Below, one piece after another: positions 29,346 to 39,025 of a DNA stretch of 50,458 bases. The position numbers and the translations under genes are program-made. The DNA is from a virus (Duplodnaviria > Caudoviricetes), in the IMG/VR virus record IMGVR_UViG_3300027985_001270, positions 1 to 50,458 of that record, one strand, 5' to 3'. Positions within the stretch are counted from its first letter, which is position 1. Each line of letters starts with the position of its first letter. Below the pieces are notes generated by a model. That model had not been told where the DNA came from. It was given only the letters and a program-made list of their open reading frames with translations, and searched no databases.

Positions 29346-31680
29346 TAACATTAAATCTCCTGAACAAATAGCCTTAGATTTTGAGGCAGAACAAAGTGCG
29401 CCAGCCAACGAGGCTAAGCCAGTTATAGAAACAACTGAACCCTCTGCAGAGGACATTGCAGCCGTAGAAGAAGATATTGCACGTGAAAAAAAATATGGTG
29501 GACAGCCAGTAAAAGCAGCACTAGCAGGTGCCGCTCGTGGTTTAACATTTGGTATTTCTGACCAAGCTTTAGTTAAATCAGGTTTAGTAGATCCTCAAAC
29601 TCTACGTGAACTAGAAGAAAGAAATAAAGCAGCTTCAGTAACTGGAGAGGCAGCAGGTGTTGTACTACCATCAATAGCCACTCTAGGTGCAACTGCCCCA
29701 GTATCAGCTGCAGGCGTAGCCGTTCGTGGAGCCGCAGCAGCAGGAAAAGCAGTTGAAGAATTAACAGCCAAAAGTCTAGGCAAGTTAATAACTCAAACAG
29801 GTAATAAAAAACTAGCAACCGAAATACTAAAAAAATCTCTTCCAAAAGTAGCAGGTTCTGCAGTAGAAGGTGGCTTTTATGGAGCCGGTCAACTAATCAG
29901 TGAAGACGCACTAGGAACTCAAGAATTTAACGCAGAAAATCTTCTTGCTTCAGTAGGAACTGGAGCAATAATTGGAGGTCTAGCAGGTGGAGCATTTGGA
30001 TCCCTAGAAGCTATCGTACCTACAGTAAAAAAAGGTGGAGCGCTATCAGTTGGAAAAGGTAAAGCCTATCTAGATCCAGAAACCGCAGCTCTAGAACTAT
30101 CAGGATTATCTCCAGCAAAAATAACAAAAATGAGACAGGTTAATCCTCAACTAGTTAAAGACCTACCAGAATTTTATCGTAAAGAGGCAGAACTAGGATT
30201 ATTAACTACAGATAGAAAATTAACTGAAGTAGTATCAAACATTAAAGAAAAAGCCGGACAAGAAATAGGAAATATATTAAAAAAAGTAGAAGATGTTTCT
30301 GCACGTGCTCCAGAAATTCTTCCAACTAAAAAGTCTATATATACAAAAATAATTTCTGACCTTGATGAAAACTTTTTAAATAAATATAAAAACGTACCAG
30401 AATACGCTGATAAACTAGCTCCAATTCGTAAAATACGTAACTCATACAATGAACTCGCTTCAAGTGCTGAAGGCGTATTTAAACCCATAGAATTAAATAA
30501 TTTAAGAAAAGAGTTAGATGCAGTAATTAAATACGATAAAATACCTGGAACTATATCTTTGGCAGAAAAAGCCAACAAAGGGACACGTAACATTCTTAGA
30601 AATGAGATAGATACCATCGCTGATAAAGCATCTCAAAACACAAATCTAGCAGATGAACAAAGTCTATTTAATCAATTAAAAGAACAAAATAAACGATTTA
30701 GTATTGCAACTACAATCCTCCCCCACCTTGAAGGTAAACTAGATAAACAAAAACTTTTTAACAACATGGATATGTTAAAAGGTGCTGGTCTAATAGGTGT
30801 CCTTCATGAAACTGGTGCAGCAATTGCTGCAGGAATGAAACTAGCGGAATCTGACATTGCTCGCCGTTTTAAAATTCTAACCCAAATAGAAAAAACTAAT
30901 CAAAAGGTATCAAAAGATATTAATAAATCTGTTAAAGATTATATAAAACTTCCTAAAAAAGCAGCAGTTCCAACATCAGTTAACATCTTAATGAACACTG
31001 CATACGGAAGAGAAAATATAGACGGAAAAAAACCAAACTCAAAACTTGAAGCATTTAAAAATATGCAAACTAATTTTTCTAATATAAAGAAAGATCCAGA
31101 TGCATTATTTGATAAAATGAATATCAACACATTAAGATTATCAAAACATGCTCCCAATACATTTACCGCTATAACTGGCAACATAATGAACGCCATGACA
31201 TTTCTACAAGAAAAAATGCCAAAAGACCCCCGTCAACAAGGCGCTTTTGACTTCCGTCGTGCTCCCTGGGAACCATCTTCAACTCAACTAGCAAAATTCG
31301 AACGCTACGTTGAAGCAGTTGAGCATCCATTAAATATCCTAAAAGACATAGAAAGTGGCAGTGTCAGCCCAGAACAAGTAGAAACTCTAGCAACAGTATA
31401 TCCAGACTTATATAGTAGAATTCAAAGAGAAGTAATGGATCAGATAACCACAAGTAATGAACCTGTTCCATACTCAAAAAGACTACAATTAGGATTACTA
31501 TTAAACATTCCCACTGACTCCTCTCTTAATGGTCCTGCAATCGCTCAATTACAAACTGCATTTGCACCCGTACAAGAACAAACACAATCATCCATTCCAG
31601 GATCAAATATAGGTAAATTAGACGTTGCTGACATATCAACCCAAATAGAAAAAGTACAAACTAGAAACAATAAAGCATAA
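29335..31680 (+). CDS. large internal virion / ejection protein
   Basis: GAARGLTFG.SD, Gly/Ala-rich segments, helical C-half. Confidence 0.7.
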   Translation: MESNNIKSPEQIALDFEAEQSAPANEAKPVIETTEPSAEDIAAVEEDIAREKKYGGQPVKAALAGAARGLTFGISDQALVKSGLVDPQTLRELEERNKAASVTGEAAGVVLPSIATLGATAPVSAAGVAVRGAAAAGKAVEELTAKSLGKLITQTGNKKLATEILKKSLPKVAGSAVEGGFYGAGQLISEDALGTQEFNAENLLASVGTGAIIGGLAGGAFGSLEAIVPTVKKGGALSVGKGKAYLDPETAALELSGLSPAKITKMRQVNPQLVKDLPEFYRKEAELGLLTTDRKLTEVVSNIKEKAGQEIGNILKKVEDVSARAPEILPTKKSIYTKIISDLDENFLNKYKNVPEYADKLAPIRKIRNSYNELASSAEGVFKPIELNNLRKELDAVIKYDKIPGTISLAEKANKGTRNILRNEIDTIADKASQNTNLADEQSLFNQLKEQNKRFSIATTILPHLEGKLDKQKLFNNMDMLKGAGLIGVLHETGAAIAAGMKLAESDIARRFKILTQIEKTNQKVSKDINKSVKDYIKLPKKAAVPTSVNILMNTAYGRENIDGKKPNSKLEAFKNMQTNFSNIKKDPDALFDKMNINTLRLSKHAPNTFTAITGNIMNAMTFLQEKMPKDPRQQGAFDFRRAPWEPSSTQLAKFERYVEAVEHPLNILKDIESGSVSPEQVETLATVYPDLYSRIQREVMDQITTSNEPVPYSKRLQLGLLLNIPTDSSLNGPAIAQLQTAFAPVQEQTQSSIPGSNIGKLDVADISTQIEKVQTRNNKA

Positions 31681-31692
31681 AAGGAATAAAAA

Positions 31693-32022
31693 ATGAGACT
31701 ATTTAACGATACAATCCTAAGTGAATCAGCAGCTACAGAAGATAAAACCAGTGAAGTTGTAACTCTTGGATTCGTTCAAGATATCGCAATCCAAATCATC
31801 TGGACATCAACTACCTGCGCAGGTTCTATACTAACTCAAGTAAGCAACGACGGTACAAACTGGGTATCTTTAAGTACACACACAAAAACAGTAAACGATA
31901 ATAGTGGAAATGAAATGGTAGTAATATCAGACGCAAATTACGCATACGTAAGAGTAATGTTTGACTTTACCTCCGGCTCACTAACTACTCTTAATGTAAT
32001 AATAAACGGAAAAGGTCTATAA
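31693..32022 (+). CDS. small beta-sandwich virion protein, paralog A
   Basis: DIAIQ...G....QVSNDGTNW...YVRV shared with the next gene. Confidence 0.6.
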   Translation: MRLFNDTILSESAATEDKTSEVVTLGFVQDIAIQIIWTSTTCAGSILTQVSNDGTNWVSLSTHTKTVNDNSGNEMVVISDANYAYVRVMFDFTSGSLTTLNVIINGKGL

Positions 32023-32081
32023 TAACAAAATTACATATATATACCTAATCCCAAAAGGATTTAACCTATAAGGAGGTTCCA

Positions 32082-32432
32082 ATGTCAGCTCGGAAAAATG
32101 TCATTCTTCCCCACAAACTTATTGACGCTCACGCTCTAGACGACAGTTTCGTCTCAGATCCAGTTAACGTCCAATATCTAGACAATATTGCAATCCAACT
32201 GCAAGTAACTACAACTGCAAATACAGGAGTTTTTACAGTTCAAGCATCTATTGACGGAAACGTCTACGATACTTTAACTCTAAGCCCTACCATTCCAGCT
32301 CTAGCAGATGCTGATACAGTAATTAGTATTAACCTAAACCAAGTTCCATATACCCTAATAAGAGTAGCATTTACAATCGGAACAGGAACAGATGGCTCAG
32401 TAACTGGCTTTATTACAGCTAAGGAGATCTAA
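32082..32432 (+). CDS. small beta-sandwich virion protein, paralog B
   Basis: NIAIQ...G...VQASIDG....IRV. Confidence 0.6.
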   Translation: MSARKNVILPHKLIDAHALDDSFVSDPVNVQYLDNIAIQLQVTTTANTGVFTVQASIDGNVYDTLTLSPTIPALADADTVISINLNQVPYTLIRVAFTIGTGTDGSVTGFITAKEI

Positions 32433-32433
32433 C

Positions 32434-35400
32434 ATGACTGAATATAAATATGGTGGTAGTGGAGCCGGTGGCTCAGCTTCATGGAAAGATGCAGTAAATA
32501 CATATAGTGATCTACCAGTAGGTAGCTCCGTAGGTGAAACTCGTTTAGTAATAGATACAGAAGAACTATATACCTGGGACGGATCAGCCTGGGTTTTAAT
32601 GACTTCTACAAGTTCAGTTTCAGGTCCAGCATCCTCAACAGATAACGCCATTGCACGCTACGATAGCACAACTGGTAGAATAATTCAAGATTCTCTAGTT
32701 ACTATAGATGATTCTGGTAACGTCATAATTCCAGGAAATTTAAGAGTTAACGGAACTGAAACAATAGTAAATACAGAAACTCTTGAAGTTAAAGACCCTA
32801 ATATAACAGTAAATTCTGGAGGAGATGACACTACAGCAGAAGGTGCAGGCTTAACAGTAGAAAGAACTGGTACCAACGGATCTCTAATATACGAAAACGC
32901 TCTAACTTCTAAATTTAAACTAGGTGCTCTAGGATCAGAAGTAGAAGTAGCAGATATATCCTCAACTCAAACCCTTACAAATAAAGTTATAGATGTAGAC
33001 TCTAATACCGTATCTAATATTGAAGTAGATAATTTAAAAGCTGGTGTACTTGATACTGATATAGAAACCACTTCAGCATCAGACGATACCATCCCATCTG
33101 CTCTAGCAGTAAATACACAATTTCTTAGACTTGGAGAAAGAACAAAAGAGCCAACAGGCTTCCCAAATAGAACTGATTCCACAATATCAATATCCACAGA
33201 TCAATTCACAATCGAGCCATCATCCACCTCCTTTGATTATTACATTCACGGTGTAAAATATACAAAATCATCTGCGGATACTATCACAATACCAGACACA
33301 GAAGGTTTACATTACGTATATTATAATGGCTCCACCTTAATATCTTCTACAACAATGTCTAAAACAGTTCTTACTGATTATGCAATAGTAGCAGTAATAT
33401 ACTGGAATGCAACTGACAATGTAGCCTTATACATGGGAGATGAACGCCACAGCACAGTAATGGATGGCGCAACTCACTACTACCTTCACGACACAGTAGG
33501 TACAGTATTTCATGAAGGATTAGCACTTAGCAACTTCTCCATAGACGGAACAGGATCTTCAGATCTAGATGCTCAATTTGACTCCTCTGAAGGAACAATC
33601 TTTGATGAAGACTTATCACACACCGTAGATGCAACAACTGCAGGTTCATCTGACATTCCTATATTCTATAAATCAGGTGTAAACGGATACTGGAAACTAG
33701 ACGCTCCAACAGGTTTTGTAGCAAAACGTTATGGAACTTCACGTCTTGCGTATAACCAATACACTGGCGGAACCTGGCAACAAACAGAAGTAGACGATCT
33801 AAGATACGTCCTAACTCACCTTTATGCTACTAATGATACTACCTATAAATTAATAGCTGTACAAGGTCAAAGTACATATATTAACATTATCACAGCACGT
33901 CAAGGCGCCATAGAAGAAATAAACAATATAAATCTTTCAGGAATGGCATTTGCTGAATTTACTCCCATAGCTTCCATAATTTTCCAAACTGCAGACGCTT
34001 ATACAAATACAATTAAAGCAAGAATACGCAGTACAGATACTGGTGATAATTATGTAGATTTTAGAGGAGCAAGCCTCTCTCCATCAATTAATGCAGTAGA
34101 TCACGGCAACCTTGCTGGTCTTCTAGATGATGATCATCCTCAATACGCACTTCTTACTGGTAGAACAGGAGACGCATTAAGTATTGACAATGTAACAGAA
34201 TTTACCTCTGATGCCGGAGTTACTATAGAATCCTCCCTCCTTAAAGATGGAGAAATTACAACAGGTCAAGGTTTAGAACTTGAAAAAATGACCAGCATAG
34301 GATTAAGTACCGCTTTAATATCTGGTGGTGAAGTTACAATAAACGTAGACACTACTAAATTTGACGTCAGTGCTGGTAGTGGTATAGTAATTGATGCACA
34401 CACAGATCCAGAAAATCCAGTTTATACTGAAGTTTCATGGTCTGCCTTCACAGCACAAACAGTAACAAACCTAGCAACTAGTGCAGCCACTTTCTTAGGA
34501 ATTGACAGTACTGGATCCATAGTACAAACCACTTCAGACTTTACAAATGAACAAAGAAGAGACTACATCCAAATAGGCTCTCTACAGCATCCAAATTTAA
34601 CCTCTATTTCTGGAATTGTTCAATCTTCTAATCCAGTATTAAACACTGCAGCCGCACTAAAAGACTTCTCAAGAGCAATTGGTGCCGTAATCGAAGGTGC
34701 TCAATTTAGTGCTAACGGAGCAAATGTAAAAATAGACCGGTCTGCAGCTACATCATTCTTCTACGGAAGTAATTTTAGAAATAGTGTTAAAAATCCACAT
34801 GAATTAACAACCTCAGCAGAAACTGCAGTTACATTCGTTCACGTTTACAGAAACGGATCTGGTGGCTTTACAGTAACTACTCCAACTACAGATTTAGATA
34901 TTGCTCATTATGACAATGGTACTGGAACTCTTGCAGCCGTTCCTGCATCTGATCCATATCAAATTTTCAGATTCTTCTACGTAGCCTCTTCTAATCTAGT
35001 AGTTGTGCACTATGGTCAAGCAATATACAAATCCCTCTCAGTTGCAGTAGGATCTATTCAAAGTGAAGAATTTGACAAAGCTGCTCTACTTACTAACTCT
35101 CCACTAAGAACATGGCTTGTAGTAGAAAGAACAGTAACAGACATAGCCTCTGCAGTAACAGCAGGAACAGCTAGATTCATCGCAGCCGGTAAATTTGGAG
35201 ATTCAACAACCTCTTCAGCCTCTACTTCTACTACAGATCTTCAAACTGCCTACAACAACAGTTCAGAACCTGAAATAGTTCTAACATCAACTAGAGGCGC
35301 ATTAAGTATACAAGATGCAGACACACCAATAGGAGCAAATTTATTTGAAGTATCTGATTATGGTAAAACTACTGATTACCTAGCAGTATCCTCAAGCGGT

Positions 35401-35805
35401 ATCACCCTTTCTTCAGGTGTAACAGTTAACAGCATCCTAGATGATGACACCCTATCTGCAGATTCAGCAACAGCCCTAGCAACTCAGCAATCTATAAAAG
35501 CCTACGTGGATAACCACTCTGCTGGTATTGATATAGAGTCAAAATCTGCCTCTTTTAACGCAGCTGATGGTATTACCTACCTAGTAGACACTACCTCAAC
35601 AGCCATTGCTGTACAACTACCTACTCCAGCTCTAAACATCTCAATAACAATAAAAGATTCAGGCTTTAACGCTAATGCTAATAACATAACACTAGTTAGA
35701 GCAGCATCAGAGAATATTGAGGGCGTAGCAGCTACGTACACCATCGACTCTTCAGGTGCCTCAGTCGTAATCGTATCCGACGGTACAGACTGGTTCTTAT
35801 TATAG
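32434..35805 (+). CDS. tail fibre protein
   Basis: GPASSTDNAIARYD, GNL.V.GT.T.VNT..L.V.D, DHG.L.GL.DDDHPQY, LATQQSIKAYVD fibre motifs. Confidence 0.8.
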   Translation: MTEYKYGGSGAGGSASWKDAVNTYSDLPVGSSVGETRLVIDTEELYTWDGSAWVLMTSTSSVSGPASSTDNAIARYDSTTGRIIQDSLVTIDDSGNVIIPGNLRVNGTETIVNTETLEVKDPNITVNSGGDDTTAEGAGLTVERTGTNGSLIYENALTSKFKLGALGSEVEVADISSTQTLTNKVIDVDSNTVSNIEVDNLKAGVLDTDIETTSASDDTIPSALAVNTQFLRLGERTKEPTGFPNRTDSTISISTDQFTIEPSSTSFDYYIHGVKYTKSSADTITIPDTEGLHYVYYNGSTLISSTTMSKTVLTDYAIVAVIYWNATDNVALYMGDERHSTVMDGATHYYLHDTVGTVFHEGLALSNFSIDGTGSSDLDAQFDSSEGTIFDEDLSHTVDATTAGSSDIPIFYKSGVNGYWKLDAPTGFVAKRYGTSRLAYNQYTGGTWQQTEVDDLRYVLTHLYATNDTTYKLIAVQGQSTYINIITARQGAIEEINNINLSGMAFAEFTPIASIIFQTADAYTNTIKARIRSTDTGDNYVDFRGASLSPSINAVDHGNLAGLLDDDHPQYALLTGRTGDALSIDNVTEFTSDAGVTIESSLLKDGEITTGQGLELEKMTSIGLSTALISGGEVTINVDTTKFDVSAGSGIVIDAHTDPENPVYTEVSWSAFTAQTVTNLATSAATFLGIDSTGSIVQTTSDFTNEQRRDYIQIGSLQHPNLTSISGIVQSSNPVLNTAAALKDFSRAIGAVIEGAQFSANGANVKIDRSAATSFFYGSNFRNSVKNPHELTTSAETAVTFVHVYRNGSGGFTVTTPTTDLDIAHYDNGTGTLAAVPASDPYQIFRFFYVASSNLVVVHYGQAIYKSLSVAVGSIQSEEFDKAALLTNSPLRTWLVVERTVTDIASAVTAGTARFIAAGKFGDSTTSSASTSTTDLQTAYNNSSEPEIVLTSTRGALSIQDADTPIGANLFEVSDYGKTTDYLAVSSSGITLSSGVTVNSILDDDTLSADSATALATQQSIKAYVDNHSAGIDIESKSASFNAADGITYLVDTTSTAIAVQLPTPALNISITIKDSGFNANANNITLVRAASENIEGVAATYTIDSSGASVVIVSDGTDWFLL

Positions 35806-35885
35806 TAATAAAATCAGTAACTTAGCTAAGGACGGCTATTTTACTTCCTTATTCAACTAAAAGCAAATAACAAAAGAGCATATAT

Positions 35886-35992
35886 ATGAAGAAATGTATA
35901 AAATGTAATTTGGATATGTAAGAGAGAATTTAGAAGTTTTAGATAATATGAAAAATTATATATTACATCACATGGATAAAAAGTCCACATAG
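35886..35992 (+). pseudogene. remnant of an endonuclease VII-type homing endonuclease
   Basis: MKKCIKCN fused out of frame to GYVRENLEVLDNMKNYILHH, which parallels LGSFSDNIDILNNAISYL of 39455..39925. Confidence 0.6.
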
Positions 35993-36026
35993 CAATAACG
36001 CTACATGATGTAAAAAAGGATAAAAA

Positions 36027-37877
36027 ATGGCGTATATAGGATCTAACCCCAAATCAAAAACTTATCAATTTATTCCTCAATCTACTATACCAACTAGCCC
36101 TAGAATTGGAGATGTATATAGAGATGATGGCACTAATAAAGCTGCAGGATTATATCAGTATAACGGCACTTCATGGGAAGCAGTTGGTGCTGGATCAGGA
36201 TCAGGAATTAATTATATCCTAAACGGAGACGCTAGCCAAGGCATCACTGGCTGGGCAACTTATGCAGACGCAGCAGCCTCTAGTCCCGTAGACGGTACCG
36301 GCGGATCTCCAACAGTAACCTGGACAGTTAACACATCAACACCCCTAAGAGGAGCCGCAGATTTTATCCTAACCAAAGATGCAGCAGATCGTCAAGGAGA
36401 AGGAGCCTCCTACGATTTTACAATTGCTAACGCTGACATCACAACCCCATGCCAGGTTAAATTTAGCTACAAAGCCAGTACAAATTTTAGCTTTGCAAAT
36501 GGTGATGTACAAGTATTTGTATATGACGTAACTAACGCTGCTTTAATATCCGTAATTCCACAAACCCTAGACGGCAGCGGTCACTTTAAAGGTGAATTTC
36601 AATCCACAACTTCAACATCTTATAGATTAATTCTACACGTAGCTACAACAAACGCAACTGCCTTCACCCTTCAAGTTGATGACGTGCAAGTTGGTCCTTC
36701 AACACTAGCATACGGCTTTCTACCTGATAAACAATATAATATTAGTTCTTATGTTAGTACCAATACTTCTTTTGTAAACGTAAGATCTGTAGCAATCCCA
36801 TATAAAACACGTGATGGAGCTTGGAGATTAAGATTTAATATTAAAGGAACTCAAACAAGCGCAACAACTACTACAATTACAGTAACTGGAGTTACATTTA
36901 AATCAGGAACTAGTAACTATCAACCAGTTTCAGTTATACCAAGTGATTCAGGAAGAGGTTTTACTATTCCTGGCACATCCACACTTCAAGTTAATACAAC
37001 CACCTCTTATACTGAAATAGGTGCTTCTGGAGACGTAGAACTTGACAGCATGCCAACCTGGGCAGTAGACAGCGCACCAGTCCAAATCGGCGACGGCGCA
37101 GAAACACGTGTAGTAGCTGCAAAATATACTGTTGGTGGAGGTGCTGCCGTTTCTACAAGTGCTCCATTTCAATGTACTACTAAAGAATATGATACTCATA
37201 ATGCTGTAACAACTGGAACTAATTGGCGCTTTACTGCACCAGTATCTGGTATTTATAAAATTTACGGAGTAGTAGTAACAACCTCTGGAACTCCTGTAAT
37301 AAAGTTATATAAAAATGGAGTTGCAAATACAGACATGGGTCAATTATCTAGTGCAACTTATTCACAATGCTTCACAGGATCAATAAGTCTATCAGCTGGG
37401 GACTATATAGATGTAAGACCTGATTCATCTCTAACACAGACAACATACACAACAAATTACATAGCAATTGAACGCATCTCTGGACCATCCTCCGTAGCAG
37501 CAAGTGAAAAAGTTTACGCTAAATATAATATAGCAGGAGCGGTATCTTCTGATTCCAGCACTCCTGTTAACTTTGCTACAAAAACTGTAGATTCACATGC
37601 AGCTGTAACTACGGGATCAGGATGGAAATTTACAGCTCCCGTATCTGGATTTTACCAAATATCTGCCTCCCTAGCAACTAGTAGTGCTACATCTAATATT
37701 AACATATACAAAAATGGCTCTGCTAATGACTACATAGGTTATGTGTTTACATCTAATGTAAACTGTATAACTGGAGGAATTTACTTAAACGCAGGTGATT
37801 ACATAGATATAAGAAGTGCAACATCTATAACTACAGCTACTTCTACTGCTCAATCCATAAACATAATTAAAATTTAA
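36027..37877 (+). CDS. tail fibre / receptor-binding protein with two tandem C1q-like domains
   Basis: Two copies of D.H.AVTTG..W.FTAPVSG.Y.I...YKNG...L.AGDYID.R; CBM-like middle region. Confidence 0.75.
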   Translation: MAYIGSNPKSKTYQFIPQSTIPTSPRIGDVYRDDGTNKAAGLYQYNGTSWEAVGAGSGSGINYILNGDASQGITGWATYADAAASSPVDGTGGSPTVTWTVNTSTPLRGAADFILTKDAADRQGEGASYDFTIANADITTPCQVKFSYKASTNFSFANGDVQVFVYDVTNAALISVIPQTLDGSGHFKGEFQSTTSTSYRLILHVATTNATAFTLQVDDVQVGPSTLAYGFLPDKQYNISSYVSTNTSFVNVRSVAIPYKTRDGAWRLRFNIKGTQTSATTTTITVTGVTFKSGTSNYQPVSVIPSDSGRGFTIPGTSTLQVNTTTSYTEIGASGDVELDSMPTWAVDSAPVQIGDGAETRVVAAKYTVGGGAAVSTSAPFQCTTKEYDTHNAVTTGTNWRFTAPVSGIYKIYGVVVTTSGTPVIKLYKNGVANTDMGQLSSATYSQCFTGSISLSAGDYIDVRPDSSLTQTTYTTNYIAIERISGPSSVAASEKVYAKYNIAGAVSSDSSTPVNFATKTVDSHAAVTTGSGWKFTAPVSGFYQISASLATSSATSNINIYKNGSANDYIGYVFTSNVNCITGGIYLNAGDYIDIRSATSITTATSTAQSINIIKI

Positions 37878-37984
37878 AATCGCGACCTGAACACGTCTAA
37901 AAACTACTCCTCTTCGGCTCTAGAGTAAAAGGAGCCCCCTTCCCTTAGGGAAGTAGTAAATTAAAAAACTAAAAGGAATTTAAA

Positions 37985-38125
37985 ATGGACAAGATTAAAA
38001 AAGTAATGCACGAATGGAAAAAAGGTAAACTTAAATCTTCTTCTGGGGAAAAAGTAACAGATAGAAAACAAGCTCTAGCCATTGCCATTTCTGAACAGAA
38101 AAGACAAAAAGCTAAGAAAAAATAA
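37985..38125 (+). CDS. DUF6496-like small basic protein, 46 aa, not in ORF track
   Basis: MDKIKKVMHEWKKGKLKSSSGEKVTDRKQALAIAISE...; AAGGA RBS. Confidence 0.75.
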   Translation: MDKIKKVMHEWKKGKLKSSSGEKVTDRKQALAIAISEQKRQKAKKK

Positions 38126-38128
38126 AAC

Positions 38129-38434
38129 TTGGAGTCTATCATGGCAAAAAAAACTACTGAGAAAAAAATAACAAAAACAACAACTAGTAAAAATGATCTA
38201 CTAGACCGCATTGATGAAAAACTTGACCGCATTAACGACAAACTAGAAAAAATCGTAGCCGTTCAAGCCTCTCAACAAGCAATACTAGATGAACACATAC
38301 GCAGAACTGAACAACTTGAAAACGCACTAAGTCCCATGAAAGCACAACAAAATCAAATCATGGGAGGAGTTAAACTAATCGGAATTATAGGCACTATAAC
38401 AACTATTATAGTTGCTCTATCAAGAATAATATAA
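38129..38434 (+). CDS. coiled-coil protein with C-terminal TM (XhlA/holin-like; likely start ATG 38141)
   Basis: Heptad repeats then a single hydrophobic segment. Confidence 0.55.
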   Translation: MESIMAKKTTEKKITKTTTSKNDLLDRIDEKLDRINDKLEKIVAVQASQQAILDEHIRRTEQLENALSPMKAQQNQIMGGVKLIGIIGTITTIIVALSRII

Positions 38435-38443
38435 GGACTTACA

Positions 38444-39025
38444 ATGGCTACAGTAAATAAAAACGGATCCTCAAACGTAATAAACACTGTAGTACTGCCA
38501 TCTTCCATAGAGCTCCCTATAGACGTACTTACCAGTACAGATAACACAAAACCTCTAAGTGCTAAACAGGGAAAAGTACTAAACGATAATCAAACTGCAG
38601 AAACTACTGCGAGAACAAACGCTGACAACATTCTTCAATCCAATATAAACGAGGAAGCATCAACACGCTCCATAGCAATAACAGGATTACAATCAAGCCT
38701 CGACACTGAATCCTCTTCACGTTCCAGTGCAGATTCAACTCTACAATCAAACATAGACACAGAAGCCTCAACACGCTCAGATGCAGATTCAGCACTAAGC
38801 TCTAGAATATTAGAAATACCAGTATTTGTATTTTCAGAAGTACCAACAATAGACGGAGCCACTCTAACCCTCCTTAATGAACCAATAACAGGATCAGTTA
38901 AAGTAATATTTAACGGAGACCTCTGTGATTTCTGGACAATAGATGGAGTAACAATAACCTTTCCAGAAGATCTAGATGCCGAAGATGTCGTTACAGTAGA
39001 TTACGCCTACACAAGGACGCTATAA
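38444..39025 (+). CDS. fibre-like protein with 18-aa coiled-coil repeats
   Basis: PLSAKQGKVL motif, four E...R..AD..LQS.I.. repeats, C-terminal beta domain. Confidence 0.65.
   Translation: MATVNKNGSSNVINTVVLPSSIELPIDVLTSTDNTKPLSAKQGKVLNDNQTAETTARTNADNILQSNINEEASTRSIAITGLQSSLDTESSSRSSADSTLQSNIDTEASTRSDADSALSSRILEIPVFVFSEVPTIDGATLTLLNEPITGSVKVIFNGDLCDFWTIDGVTITFPEDLDAEDVVTVDYAYTRTL

Noticed and set aside
36027-37877. Diversity-generating retroelement acting on the fibre tip
   Set aside because: No reverse transcriptase, and no template/variable repeat pair differing only at adenines
37881-37910. preQ1-I riboswitch (short stem + AAAAACTA tail)
   Set aside because: Stem is only 3 bp, the loop lacks the conserved ligand-binding bases, and no queuosine genes are nearby
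9104-38862. - strand ORFs within the late module (e.g. 14455..14760, 30174..30617, 37969..38241)
   Set aside because: Shadow frames of + strand structural genes
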